A DNA stretch of 41,875 nt from Spirochaetia bacterium (GTDB lineage: Bacteria > Spirochaetota > Spirochaetia > SZUA-6 > Fen-1364). The translations under genes were made by a program, and so were the position numbers. The notes below the pieces were generated by a model. It was given only the letters and a program-made list of their open reading frames with translations. It was not told where the DNA came from and searched no databases. This document shows positions 1-8,667 of this stretch, piece by piece. Positions within the stretch are counted from its first letter, which is position 1. Each line of letters opens with the position of its first letter. Where the stretch lies: positions 1 through 41,875 of the forward strand of contig DATKLB010000195.1 in NCBI GenBank assembly GCA_035542615.1. Reading direction: 5' to 3'.

Positions 1-593
1 TTGTCGATCTTGGCCAGCTCTTTCACGAGAGCTTCCCGGGTGTGCAGCCTTCCCGCGGTGTCGGCAATCACCAGCGGGATTCCCCGCGCCGCGGCGCTGG
101 AGATTCCGTCGAAGATGACTGCGCCGGGATCAGCCCCGGGCTCCTGAGCTATCACCGGCAGATCCAGCCGCCTGCCCAGGATCGAGAGCTGCTCGATGGC
201 GGCCGCCCGAAAAGTGTCGCCTGCCACCAGGAGAATGCGGTCGACGCCCTCGTTCGCCCTGAAGTACCTTGCCAGCTTCGCGATCGTGGTGGTCTTTCCG
301 ACGCCGTTGACGCCGAGCACGAGCAGCACGTTCAACGCATCCGGCACGAGGGAGATCCTGGCACCGACGATATGCTTCCTGAGCAGGGCTTTGAGGGCGA
401 CCCGCAGGCCTTCGCGGTCCTTGATCGAATCCTTCCGCGCCGCCTCCCTCAGGGCCGCAATCGTCTCCGAGGCGATGCGCACTCCGACGTCCGCTTCGAT
501 CAGCGCATCCTCGAGCTCCTGGAAGAACTCATCGTCGTACTCCCTGGACTGGAAGAGCTCGCGCAGCCGTCTCCCCAGGGCAGCCCACGCCAT
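1..593 (-). CDS. ftsY: SRP receptor FtsY (short form); the C-terminus lies beyond the left window edge
   Basis: Absent from the ORF track because no stop falls in the window. My reverse-strand translation from ATG 593-591 gives MAWAALGRRLRELFQSREYDDEFFQELEDALIEADVGV...LVLGVNGVGKTTTIAKLA (P-loop)...LLVAGDTFRAAAIEQL...LVIADTAGRLH. These are the SRP-GTPase motifs in FtsY order. The gene starts 16 nt after the PEGA gene stop. Confidence 0.85.
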   Translation of the reverse strand, partial: MAWAALGRRLRELFQSREYDDEFFQELEDALIEADVGVRIASETIAALREAARKDSIKDREGLRVALKALLRKHIVGARISLVPDALNVLLVLGVNGVGKTTTIAKLARYFRANEGVDRILLVAGDTFRAAAIEQLSILGRRLDLPVIAQEPGADPGAVIFDGISSAAARGIPLVIADTAGRLHTREALVKELAKID

Positions 594-608
594 TTCCGCC
601 TCCCTCTC

Positions 609-2144
609 CTACCCGGCCGTCCTGGTGGAAACCGTGACGTAGTGGATGATCCTGAGCAGCATCCAGGTAAAGAGCGTGGCGCTCGCCACGGACCCTACGA
701 GGTAGCCTCCGTACAGGAGGTTGGCGCGCAGCTGCGCCCCCGACGCCGCTGGGAGATTGCCCGCGATGATAAGCTGATTGTACTGCACCGCGGCGTCGAG
801 CGCGAGTGCGTAGCAGAAGATGGGAATCGGCAGGGAAACAGCAAACCATGCAAATGCGTCGTAGAACTCATCTCGGGCCTTTTTCTGGACAGCGTCTCGG
901 GAAACAGTGTCCGGGGAGAGGAGAAAGGAAAGCTCCGCCGGGGAGGCGTCGCTGATCGAGAATGGCTCGTCGTAGAAGCCGTTGGCAGTGATGGCGACGC
1001 GAGTCCTGCCGAATGGCTTTTCCAGGGAAATGGGCGTCTTTCCTTTCCACACGGACTCGACATACACATCCGAGCCGGATGGGGTCGAGGAGATGGTTAT
1101 CCTCCCTGTCTTCATTTTCTCCAGCGTGACATCGAGCGTTGTCTCCTGGTCAGCGTCGAGTCTCAGCGAACGGCTGAGATCCTGATAGCCGGGCGCAGAC
1201 ACGCGTATATCCCGGGTCCCCGGCGACAGGTAAAGGGTCGGCGTCCGACCCGTCGCCACGAGCTTCCCGTCGATGTACAGCGAGCTTTCCGGCGGATCGG
1301 CGGCGAAGGAAAGCGAAGCCCAGGGCTTCCCCAGGAAAAGCGTTGTCAGACCCCTGCCGGCCGCCGGCACGGACTGGTACACCTCCTCGCGTCGCGCCGC
1401 ATCCCGGTAGCTGAGCGTCACGGTTGCGCTGGCCGCGTCGTACGCCCAGACGTCCAGCAGCACGTAGCCCTCGACCTCGCGGATCATGCCGCCGACAAGG
1501 AGGTCGATTCCCTGCCGTTCGCAGAACACGGATGCCGGGATCGAGAGCGGGTCAAGCAGGTTTCCTGACGCGCCTCCCGCCTTGACCTCGAGGGGCTTCT
1601 GGTCTGCGACCTCGATGCGCGCCAGGTCCAGGGACAGCAGGAAGTCTCTGCGCGCATGCGCCGCGGCGATCCTGGCATCCACGTTCGCGGTGGCCGCGAC
1701 GGTCGGATTTTCGGTCTCGAAGAACACCGTGTCGCGCTCCTTTGCGAAGCCGGTCAGAGCCTGATCCAGCGACGCAAGCTCGCGGGCCACGGCTGCCTTG
1801 CGAATCAGCTCGCGCTCGGCCAATCCGATGGTATGAGTCGAGATGCCGGCGAGCTGGTCCTTCAGCATGAGCGGGATGCTGAATGTGAGGTAGGTGTCCT
1901 CCGCGGGAAGGCGCTCCGCGTTGAATCCACAGAATCCCACGACCCACTTGTCCTTCTTGTCCTTCGGAACGGAGAGATCCGGCTTTGTCGTGCCGGACTG
2001 GGCCGACGGGGCCGCGGGAGCGGTCGGGGCGGCGGCGGGGCTCGCCGGCGCGGCACCCGGGGTGGTCCCCGGCAGCGTGAGCTGCGCTGCGAGGGGATAC
2101 AGTGGCAGACACAGGAGCAGAAGGACCGCGGACCGGGCTTTCAT
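609..2144 (-). CDS. Secreted/membrane PEGA-domain protein
   Basis: ORF 609..2273 trimmed to ATG 2144, where a signal peptide begins (MKARSAVLLLLCLPLYPLAAQ). It has a Pro/Ala-rich linker and two PEGA-type repeats (SLYIDGKLVATGRTPTLYLSPGTRDIRVSAPGYQD; SDVYVESVWKGKTPISLEKPFGRTRVAITANGFYD). Two C-terminal hydrophobic helices follow. The ATG overlaps the upstream TGA (TGATG). Confidence 0.75.
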   Translation of the reverse strand: MKARSAVLLLLCLPLYPLAAQLTLPGTTPGAAPASPAAAPTAPAAPSAQSGTTKPDLSVPKDKKDKWVVGFCGFNAERLPAEDTYLTFSIPLMLKDQLAGISTHTIGLAERELIRKAAVARELASLDQALTGFAKERDTVFFETENPTVAATANVDARIAAAHARRDFLLSLDLARIEVADQKPLEVKAGGASGNLLDPLSIPASVFCERQGIDLLVGGMIREVEGYVLLDVWAYDAASATVTLSYRDAARREEVYQSVPAAGRGLTTLFLGKPWASLSFAADPPESSLYIDGKLVATGRTPTLYLSPGTRDIRVSAPGYQDLSRSLRLDADQETTLDVTLEKMKTGRITISSTPSGSDVYVESVWKGKTPISLEKPFGRTRVAITANGFYDEPFSISDASPAELSFLLSPDTVSRDAVQKKARDEFYDAFAWFAVSLPIPIFCYALALDAAVQYNQLIIAGNLPAASGAQLRANLLYGGYLVGSVASATLFTWMLLRIIHYVTVSTRTAG

Positions 2145-2512
2145 CAGGTTATGTTGAGCGCCTTTTTGAGGGCCGAGACGACTCTCTGCGGCTGAAAAGG
2201 CTTGACGATGTAATCCTTGGCCCCCATCTCGATGGCCTGGATGATGAGCCGCTGCTGGCCGATGGCCGAGCACATGATCACGCGGGCCTCGGGATCCAGC
2301 TCGCGAATCTTCTTCAAAGCTGTCAGGCCGTCCATTTCCGGCATCGTGATGTCCATGAGAACAACATCAGGTCTCGTATCCAGATAACGGGCGATCGCCT
2401 CCTGCCCGTTCGAGGCCTCACCCACCACGCGGAAGCCGGACTTTTCGAGGATGTCGCGGAGGACGATCTTGATGAACGTCAGGTCGTCAGCTATCAGTAC
2501 GTTGACCGCCAT
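2144..2512 (-). CDS. Single-domain response regulator (CheY-like receiver)
   Basis: 122 aa. It carries the acidic pocket LIADD, the phospho-acceptor context VVLMDITMPEMDG and the conserved Lys in YIVKPF. There is no output domain. Its start overlaps the prfB 3' end by 26 nt. Confidence 0.9.
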   Translation of the reverse strand: MAVNVLIADDLTFIKIVLRDILEKSGFRVVGEASNGQEAIARYLDTRPDVVLMDITMPEMDGLTALKKIRELDPEARVIMCSAIGQQRLIIQAIEMGAKDYIVKPFQPQRVVSALKKALNIT

Positions 2513-3615
2513 CTTTCTTCCCGAGCCACTCGCGTTTCAGATACGCTTCGATGAAGGGGTCGATATCCCCATCCATCACGGCCTGGATGTTGCCGACTTC
2601 CAGCTTTGTGCGATGATCCTTGACCAGGGTGTAGGGCTGGAACGTATAGGACCGAATCTGGTTGCCCCAGGAGATGTCCTTCTTCTCCTGCGCGATCTTT
2701 TCCTTCTCCTTGTCCTGCTCCTCCTTGTAGTACTCGTACAGGCGGGAACGAAGGACTTTCATGGCAAATGCCTTGTTCTTGTACTGGCTGCGCTCGTTCT
2801 GGCACTGGACGACGATCCCCGTGGGCAGGTGGGTTATTCGCACCGCGGAGTCCGTCTTGTTCACGTGCTGGCCTCCCGCGCCTCCGGCCCGGTAGGTGTC
2901 GATGCGCAGGTCTTCGGGTCGAATGTCCACCTCGATCGTGTCATCCAGAACGGGGAAGCAGAAAACCGAGGCGAAGGACGTGTGGCGCCGGGCGTTGGAG
3001 TCAAAAGGGGATATGCGGACGAGCCGATGGATTCCCGTCTCTGCTTTCAGGTAGCCATAGGCGTACGGACCGTTGACCTGGATCGTGACGCTTTTGATTC
3101 CGCCCTCCGCCTCCAGGATGTCGATGATATCCACGGTGTACCCGTGGCGTTCCGCCCAGCGGGTGTACATGCGAAGGAGCATGGCGGCCCAGTCGTTGGA
3201 CTCTGTCCCGCCCGCCCCGGAGTGGATGGTCAGGAATGCCGACGAGGCGTCTGTTTCCTCACCCAGCAGCTCGAGGACCTTGAGCTCGGCGTATTTCTTC
3301 GTGAGCGTTTCCCAGGTGCCGCGCAGGTCTTCCTCGAGAGATTCATCCTCTTCATCGAGGGCGAGCCGCCACATGTCGGCGAGATCCTGATACTCGGTGC
3401 GCAGCCTTTCCCACGGCTCATAGCGGCGCTTGAGCTCTTTCAACCGGGCGAGAACCTGGCCCGCCTTCTCCTTGTCCGCCCAGAAATCCGCAGCCGCGGT
3501 CTTTGTCTCGATCCGCGCAATTTCCTTCTTCAGCGCCTCGGGGTCAAAGACCCCTCCATGTTTCTTCGATCTGCTCACCCAGGGTCGTGAGCTTCTGCTC
3601 GAGCTCTCCTAACAC
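2487..3615 (-). CDS. prfB: Peptide chain release factor 2, expressed via a programmed +1 frameshift
   Basis: ORF 2487..3578 carries the RF2 motifs SPF (RISPFDS) and GGQ (GGAGGQHVNKT). A frame-0 leader runs from GTG 3615: MLGELEQKLTTLGEQIEETWRGL, then an in-frame TGA (3546-3544). Shifting +1 at CTT-TGA-C joins it to DPEALKKEIARIE... The RBS GAAGGGGA lies upstream of the GTG. Confidence 0.93.
3543..3557 (-). promoter_or_regulatory. prfB +1 frameshift site: internal SD-like GGAGG, 3-nt spacer, CTT TGA C
   Basis: The minus strand reads GGAGG-GGT-CTT-TGA-C (GGAGG 3557-3553, CTT 3549-3547, TGA 3546-3544). This is the same architecture as the classical RF2 autoregulatory site. Confidence 0.9.
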
Positions 3616-3625
3616 GTTGTCCCCT

Positions 3626-3898
3626 TCATGCCTTCACGATCAGCCGCCGCCATTTCTTCTCCTTGAGAACAGTGATCGCCAGAGTTCCCTCCACGGGATA
3701 CTGGTAGAGGCGGATGCTGTCGTACGAATCCGTGATCCTGTCCAGGTCTCTCTTCAGTCTGCCGAGCGCTGTCTCCGAGAGCGCCGTGCTCTCGAAGGCG
3801 TCCTTGAGGACCTTTTTGAAGCCGTACTGGCCCAGCAGGTCCTGGCCGGATTTGCGGTGGTCATCGCTCGCGAAATCGCAGGCGACAGCGACAAACAT
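3626..3898 (-). CDS. Small Cas2/VapD-fold protein (orphan; no CRISPR array or other cas gene in the window)
   Basis: ORF 3626..3931 trimmed to ATG 3898, because the upstream GTG lies inside the promoter spacer. The 90-aa product is MFVAVACDFASDDHRKSGQDLLGQYGFKKVLKDAFESTALSETALGRLKRDLDRITDSYDSIRLYQYPVEG... The pattern (hydrophobic beta1 ending in Asp, helix, beta2 ending F-E-S, helix, D-S-I-R-L-Y strand) matches the Cas2 ferredoxin-fold layout as I remember it. prfB starts 11 nt downstream. Confidence 0.5.
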   Translation of the reverse strand: MFVAVACDFASDDHRKSGQDLLGQYGFKKVLKDAFESTALSETALGRLKRDLDRITDSYDSIRLYQYPVEGTLAITVLKEKKWRRLIVKA

Positions 3899-3909
3899 GA
3901 CGATCTTTG

Positions 3910-3938
3910 AGTGTATGGGTTTGCCGCGCACATGTCAA
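3910..3938 (-). promoter_or_regulatory. Sigma70-type promoter TTGACA-17-TACACT for the cas2-like/prfB operon
   Basis: The minus strand reads TTGACA (3938-3933), tgtgcgcggcaaaccca (17 nt), TACACT (3915-3910), then 11 nt to ATG 3898. No SD is visible, so the leader is very short. Confidence 0.6.
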
Positions 3939-3979
3939 ATAGGATCTGGAAGGGTGCGAGGCCGAAAAACCGATTCCGC

Positions 3980-4008
3980 TGGACAACCTGAGCCGTTCTC
4001 ACAACAAT
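3980..4008 (+). promoter_or_regulatory. Possible promoter TGGACA-17-AACAAT for the 4026 gene
   Basis: TGGACA 3980-3985, a 17-nt spacer, then AACAAT 4003-4008. The strong RBS GGAGAGGAGG and ATG 4026 follow. Confidence 0.35.
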
Positions 4009-4025
4009 AGAGGAGAGGAGGTGTC

Positions 4026-5288
4026 ATGCCCGTCCAGCGCGGCCGGGCGGCCGCGATCGCCCTGTTCCTTCTTCCGCTGCTCGCGTTCGCACAGGACGAG
4101 GAGCTGCCCTTTCCCTTTGTGTCGCTGCTGACGGCGCAAACAGCGGGCTACCAGATCAAGCTCACCTGGCGGGACTCGCCGGAGAAGGTTGTCCGCTACC
4201 TCGTGTATCGAAACAGCCAGGAGATGACTGCCGCAAATGTCGGCGGCGCCCGGCTTCTGGGCCAGGTGGATCCCGGCGTCCAATATTTCGTCGACACCCC
4301 GCCGGATGAGAGGCAATACTTCTACGCGGTTCTCGCCCAGGATTCCCGGGGGAAGATCTTTTCCACCCTCATCCCTTTTCGAAACAAGACTCTCGTCGGG
4401 GTTTCCGTCACGACGCCTGCCACCGAGCAACAGGCCGCGGCCCGCATCAGCGACCTCCGTGCTGCCCCGACGCCCGGAGGAGAAGGAATCCAGGTCACAT
4501 TCCGGTCTTCGAGCGCCGAAAGAGACCTCCTCGTCTTCCGCAGCACGGCTCCCATCCGGGATCCCGAGGACCTCATTCGCTCGACATCCGCGACGCAGCT
4601 CGACGCAGGCACGACGAAGACGGTCGTCGCTGCCTTTCCCGGGGTCGACTACTGGTTCGCTGTTCTGGATGCCGGCCTCTACAAGCTCGGCACGATCCTC
4701 CTGCAGCCGGGCAGCAACTCCACGACCGACCCCGTCCAAGTACCCATAACACCGGGCCAGGTTTCACGTGCTCCTCCTCCGCCACGAGGGGCAATATCTC
4801 TTCCGTCCCTGGACATCACCTTCGGTGTGCAGTCGGGATACGTTCTGCCCGGCACGGCCTTCCCCGGGTTTCCTCCACAAAAGCCGGTTTCACCCGCCAC
4901 TGGGAGGGCAATTGCCGCGCTCCTGGCCTCCGTGCCCCAGCAGCAGACAAAGGAGCTGACCCGCACCGTCCTCACCGTCGATGCGACTCCGTCTCCCGAC
5001 GCCGAAGACGCGCTGCTCCAGAGCATCGTCAAGGGTCCTTTCCTGGGCGCGGATGCAGCGGCTTCAGAGAAAGCGCTCCTGGGGTTCCTGAGCCTGCCGC
5101 GGGGGAAATCGGTGCAGGCGCGCGCGCACTACTATCTCGGACAGGTCTACTATTTCAGCCACCGACCCCAGGAAGCGCTGCTCGAGTTCCTCCTCGCCGA
5201 CACCATTTACTACCACGAAGCCGAGGAATGGAAGAACGCGTGTTTGCGTGAGCTGAAAGCGGACGCACGGCAGGCGCCCGCGAGCTGA
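4026..5288 (+). CDS. Secreted protein of unknown function (two Fn3-like repeats, TPR-like C-terminus)
   Basis: Strong RBS GGAGAGGAGG and a signal peptide (AAAIALFLLPLLAFAQDE). Repeat-like modules are present (IKLTWRDSP..YLVYR; IQVTFRSS..LLVFRS). The C-terminal helical pair is AHYYLGQVYYFSHRPQEALLEFLL. No catalytic motif was recognised. Confidence 0.7.
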   Translation: MPVQRGRAAAIALFLLPLLAFAQDEELPFPFVSLLTAQTAGYQIKLTWRDSPEKVVRYLVYRNSQEMTAANVGGARLLGQVDPGVQYFVDTPPDERQYFYAVLAQDSRGKIFSTLIPFRNKTLVGVSVTTPATEQQAAARISDLRAAPTPGGEGIQVTFRSSSAERDLLVFRSTAPIRDPEDLIRSTSATQLDAGTTKTVVAAFPGVDYWFAVLDAGLYKLGTILLQPGSNSTTDPVQVPITPGQVSRAPPPPRGAISLPSLDITFGVQSGYVLPGTAFPGFPPQKPVSPATGRAIAALLASVPQQQTKELTRTVLTVDATPSPDAEDALLQSIVKGPFLGADAAASEKALLGFLSLPRGKSVQARAHYYLGQVYYFSHRPQEALLEFLLADTIYYHEAEEWKNACLRELKADARQAPAS

Positions 5289-5294
5289 GCACCC

Positions 5295-7334
5295 TCAGGC
5301 GCTCTGTGTCTTCTCAAATCCGACGCTGAGGTGATTCTCCCACGACTCGCCCGGCGTCAGGAGCAGGTCCCACTGCTGGATGAAGCAATGGGACTGGAAC
5401 ATCGGCGGACGGTCCGGCGCCGCGGGACACAGTGTCTCATGGGGATAGCTCCAGCATAGAAAGGGCCTGGCTGATGAAAGGGTGACAGAAACCTCGTTGC
5501 GCACGTCCCTCACGAGCAGACCCTGCACCGCGGCGATCTCCTGGGGCTCGAAAATGATCTCCGCCTTCCTGTCCTCGTCGAGCAGGAAAAGCCTCCCGTT
5601 CTCGGCGTTTCGAGCGGCAAGGGAAATGTTCATTTCGACGCCGAAGCGGGCGCTCAATTCGTCATCACCGAGGTTCGTCACGCGGTAGTACACGTCGATG
5701 GAACGCGGGCGGAAGACAAACTTTTTTTCTATGCCAACGGCCAGGCCGCGGCCGGCGACGCTGACGGTCCCGGTTCTCCGCATCAGAAGCTCAGGCAGCG
5801 CGCGATTGAGCTCGACCAGGTCGTAGGGGCTGGCGAGGAAGTCACCGGCCTCGGCGCATGTGCCTTCCCGAAACTCCGCAAGCGAACACTGGGGCGCCAG
5901 GAAACGATCGAGGAAAGCCTTCCGGGGAAGCCGGGCCGTTGCCAGTGCACCGGCCGGAATCCGCGCCATCCCTCCGGCAGGCGCATCCCTCTGCACCATC
6001 GTGTCGAGGTAGTTCCACGACGCGGGAAGAAAGTCCAGCTCGAACAGTGTTCCGCCTCGGGCGTGGATGTACGCGTTCAGCTCAGATCCCTGGTACAGGT
6101 ATTCGATGCTGTTGTCCAGGTCATAGTCTACGCTCATGATCGAGGGGACAAAGATCTCCGTTGCTCGGGTGATCTTTTCCGCCTCGATCAGGGAATGATA
6201 GACGGCCTTCCTCAAGAGATTGTCGTAGATTCCCCCTTCCAGCCCGTACCAGTAGGCAAAATGGCACTGTCCCTTCCACAGTTCGTTCTGCGCGGCTTTC
6301 TTTTTGTATCTGTCACCGCGCACCTGCGTCACGAGCACGTGGATGTGCATCATTTTCGCGTACATCAACCAGGCCTCGGGGTAGCGTGTGAGGAACTGGC
6401 GGAAGTGTCCACCGACGAGGAATCGGCCGACGTCGTCATTGGCAAGGCTCTTCTGGCGCGCCTCGAGGTACTTTTCGCGTACGTTGTCGGCCAGCGCCCA
6501 GCCCATCATGTCCATCGAGGACAGCGAAGGCACATACAGCCTTTCCGCGGGCGGGTGCTCCCTGAGGTACTGACCGGGAGTCGTCGGCTGAAGCCAAGCG
6601 GGGTGCCCGGCGACCATCCGGATGAACGTCTCCAGCCAATCCCCCTTCAAAAGCCCTTCGGAAGCCGAGGTCCCGTCCTCCATCAGGATGACGACGGGCT
6701 CGCTATCGCCGGGATCACCCGCTTCATCCGCAACCGACTGCAGGAAAGAGATGGCCTGCGCGGCATCCTGTTTGGCCGCGAGAGCCCGCAGCCTGGTGCA
6801 GATCGGGAAAATGCAGATGATTTTCCCCTGGTCCTCGGCGATGCTTGGGCGGAGCACCTGGCCGCCCTGCGCGCCGGCAATACGGAACTGGCCGTCATCC
6901 AGGAGCGTGTAGTCGATCCCGCTGACGCGGAGCACGGAGGCCAGGGATGGCTCCCAGACTTTCTCGGCGATCCAGCATCCCCGAGGCCGGACCTCGAAGC
7001 GTGCTCGAAGCCAGGTGGTCATTTTTTCCAGCTGGCCGAGCTTGTCGTTCGTCGGGATGAGGGAGAGAACCGGGTCGAAGTACCCTCCCCCCAGCATCTC
7101 CACCTGGCCGCGTTTGACCATTTCCTCCAGGAGCATGAGGAACTCGGGGTGAAACTCCTCGAGCCATTCCAAGAGCACCCCGCTATAGTGCAGCGCAACG
7201 GGAAAGTCGGGGTAGCGGTACAGAACGGCAAGGAGCGGCTTGAAGGCCCGCTGGTAGCGTCTTTCCGCGGCTGCCTGGTCCATCCCGATGGGAATGTGGT
7301 TGTGAGTGCCAAGGATCAGCTTGACTTTCCTCAT
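5295..7334 (-). CDS. Glycoside hydrolase family 57 protein (alpha-amylase / 4-alpha-glucanotransferase type)
   Basis: ORF 5295..7451 trimmed to ATG 7334 (MRKVKLILGTHNHIPIG). GH57-like regions are present: GGGYFDPVLSLIP, CWIAEKVWEP (nucleophile-Glu region) and YTLLDDGQF. The gene starts 11 nt after the rnfA stop. Confidence 0.8.
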   Translation of the reverse strand: MRKVKLILGTHNHIPIGMDQAAAERRYQRAFKPLLAVLYRYPDFPVALHYSGVLLEWLEEFHPEFLMLLEEMVKRGQVEMLGGGYFDPVLSLIPTNDKLGQLEKMTTWLRARFEVRPRGCWIAEKVWEPSLASVLRVSGIDYTLLDDGQFRIAGAQGGQVLRPSIAEDQGKIICIFPICTRLRALAAKQDAAQAISFLQSVADEAGDPGDSEPVVILMEDGTSASEGLLKGDWLETFIRMVAGHPAWLQPTTPGQYLREHPPAERLYVPSLSSMDMMGWALADNVREKYLEARQKSLANDDVGRFLVGGHFRQFLTRYPEAWLMYAKMMHIHVLVTQVRGDRYKKKAAQNELWKGQCHFAYWYGLEGGIYDNLLRKAVYHSLIEAEKITRATEIFVPSIMSVDYDLDNSIEYLYQGSELNAYIHARGGTLFELDFLPASWNYLDTMVQRDAPAGGMARIPAGALATARLPRKAFLDRFLAPQCSLAEFREGTCAEAGDFLASPYDLVELNRALPELLMRRTGTVSVAGRGLAVGIEKKFVFRPRSIDVYYRVTNLGDDELSARFGVEMNISLAARNAENGRLFLLDEDRKAEIIFEPQEIAAVQGLLVRDVRNEVSVTLSSARPFLCWSYPHETLCPAAPDRPPMFQSHCFIQQWDLLLTPGESWENHLSVGFEKTQSA

Positions 7335-7345
7335 CTGGCCTTTTC

Positions 7346-7942
7346 CTACCACCCCCGCAGGAGACGTGACAGAAAAGCCCTGTCGAAGGCGAGAAAAGCG
7401 AACGCCAAAAGCCCGGCGGAGATCAGGTGCAAGGGGAGCCCTTGCAGCCACTCGGGGACGCTTTCGACGTCGAGCCGTTCCCGGATGGCGGTGAGGAGGG
7501 AGAGCACGACAAAGAATCCGGCGCCGGCGGCAAATCCGACTGCAAGACTTTCAAGCGCACTGAAGCCGCCCCGAGCGGCAATGAGCACCACTCCGAGGGC
7601 GGCGCAGTTGAAGACAACTCCAGCAAGAGGGACTCGCGCCGCCCGCAGAAGCCTCGGCGCCGCGCGACGGGCCAGGAGATCGAGAAACCCGGCGATGCAG
7701 GCGACGCAGAGAACGAAAACGGGAGTCCTCAGGAAACCCAGGCCGAGAGGCTCGAGCAGGAAGGTCTGGAGCGCCCACCCCGCGAGGGCGGAGAGGCTCA
7801 TGAGCAGCGAGGTTGCCGCGGCCGCGGCGGCTGTCCCGCGCATGTCCGAGGGTGCGCTGACGCAGGGGCAGATCCCGAGGAGCCGGGAAAGAACGATATT
7901 GTCGACGAGCGTGAATGTCAGGATGATTCCGAGCAGGCTCAT
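7346..7942 (-). CDS. rnfA: Rnf/Rsx electron-transport complex subunit A
   Basis: ORF trimmed to MSLLGIILTFTLVDNIVLSRLLGICPCV... The protein has six hydrophobic segments and the paired Cys motifs GICP and FNCAALG. Its ATG overlaps the rnfE stop (ATGA, 7939-7942). Confidence 0.88.
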   Translation of the reverse strand: MSLLGIILTFTLVDNIVLSRLLGICPCVSAPSDMRGTAAAAAATSLLMSLSALAGWALQTFLLEPLGLGFLRTPVFVLCVACIAGFLDLLARRAAPRLLRAARVPLAGVVFNCAALGVVLIAARGGFSALESLAVGFAAGAGFFVVLSLLTAIRERLDVESVPEWLQGLPLHLISAGLLAFAFLAFDRAFLSRLLRGW

Positions 7943-8667
7943 GAGCGACCGGCCTCCGTCGCTCCGGACCGTCTTTTGCGGCGTCCAAGCAGCCTCGCGA
8001 AGCCGGCGAGATACCCGAGGCACAGCAGGCCCCCTCCTCCGTAGGTCAGCGCCCGAACAGGCACGCTGGAAAGGCCGCCAACCTCGATCGTCCCGCCGAA
8101 GGACCCCGCGGCGAACAGAGTGATCGTGCCCGACCCGAGTATCTCGCGCACGAGAGAGATCGCAACGAGGCAGATGGCGAACCCCGCGCCCAGGCCGGCC
8201 GCCTCCCGCAGAGACCGCGCGATCACGCGCACCGGACTTTCCGGCTCGTCCTCGGGTCCCGATCGCTGGAAGCGCTCGAGCACGAGACAGTTGACGGCAA
8301 GCAAGGGAACGTAGATCCCCAGGCTAGCGCTTTCCGACGGAGCGAAGGCCAGAAGAATCAGCTCGAAGGCAGCGGTGAAACAGGATGACAGGAGGAGAGA
8401 GCCAAGCCAGCGCGGGCGCAGCGGGAAGACCGATGTCTGCGGCGGGGCCCCCGGCGCCGGCGGTTCCGACAGGTCGGGGGCGCGCAGCGCGTGAAGGATA
8501 GCCTGGCACAATCGAGTCAGCAGCAGCACGAAAAAAAGCCCTACGGACATCCACGCAGCGTCAATCACGCGGCTGGTAACGGCCGCGGCCGGACACAGAC
8601 CAACCAGCATCACGGCAACCGGGTTGTCGCGCAGCACACCGTCCCTGAAAACCGGTCTGCGGGTCAT
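7939..8667 (-). CDS. rnfE: Rnf/Rsx complex subunit E (with a Pro-rich insertion)
   Basis: This is the C-terminal 242 aa of ORF 7939..9651: MTRRPVFRDGVLRDNPVAVMLVGLCPAAAV...YVPLLAVNCLVLER...REILGSG. The insertion RAPDLSEPPAPGAPPQTSVFPLRPR follows TM2. The ATG overlaps the rnfD stop (8664-8667). Confidence 0.88.
   Translation of the reverse strand: MTRRPVFRDGVLRDNPVAVMLVGLCPAAAVTSRVIDAAWMSVGLFFVLLLTRLCQAILHALRAPDLSEPPAPGAPPQTSVFPLRPRWLGSLLLSSCFTAAFELILLAFAPSESASLGIYVPLLAVNCLVLERFQRSGPEDEPESPVRVIARSLREAAGLGAGFAICLVAISLVREILGSGTITLFAAGSFGGTIEVGGLSSVPVRALTYGGGGLLCLGYLAGFARLLGRRKRRSGATEAGRS

Noticed and set aside
42-1568. A 508-aa plus-strand ORF across ftsY and the PEGA gene. Similar long antisense or off-frame ORFs occur at 6063..8123, 15920..17278, 20647..21663, 21789..22880, 27061..28128 and 28322..29137.
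   Set aside because: All of them lie opposite to, or out of frame with, genes that have strong family motifs. Their products are Arg/Pro/Gly-rich with no domains. They are GC-driven artefacts.
3899-4025. Looked for a CRISPR array or leader next to the Cas2-like gene.
   Set aside because: The 127-bp gap contains only divergent promoter and RBS sequences. I saw no direct repeats of 25-40 bp there or anywhere else in the window.
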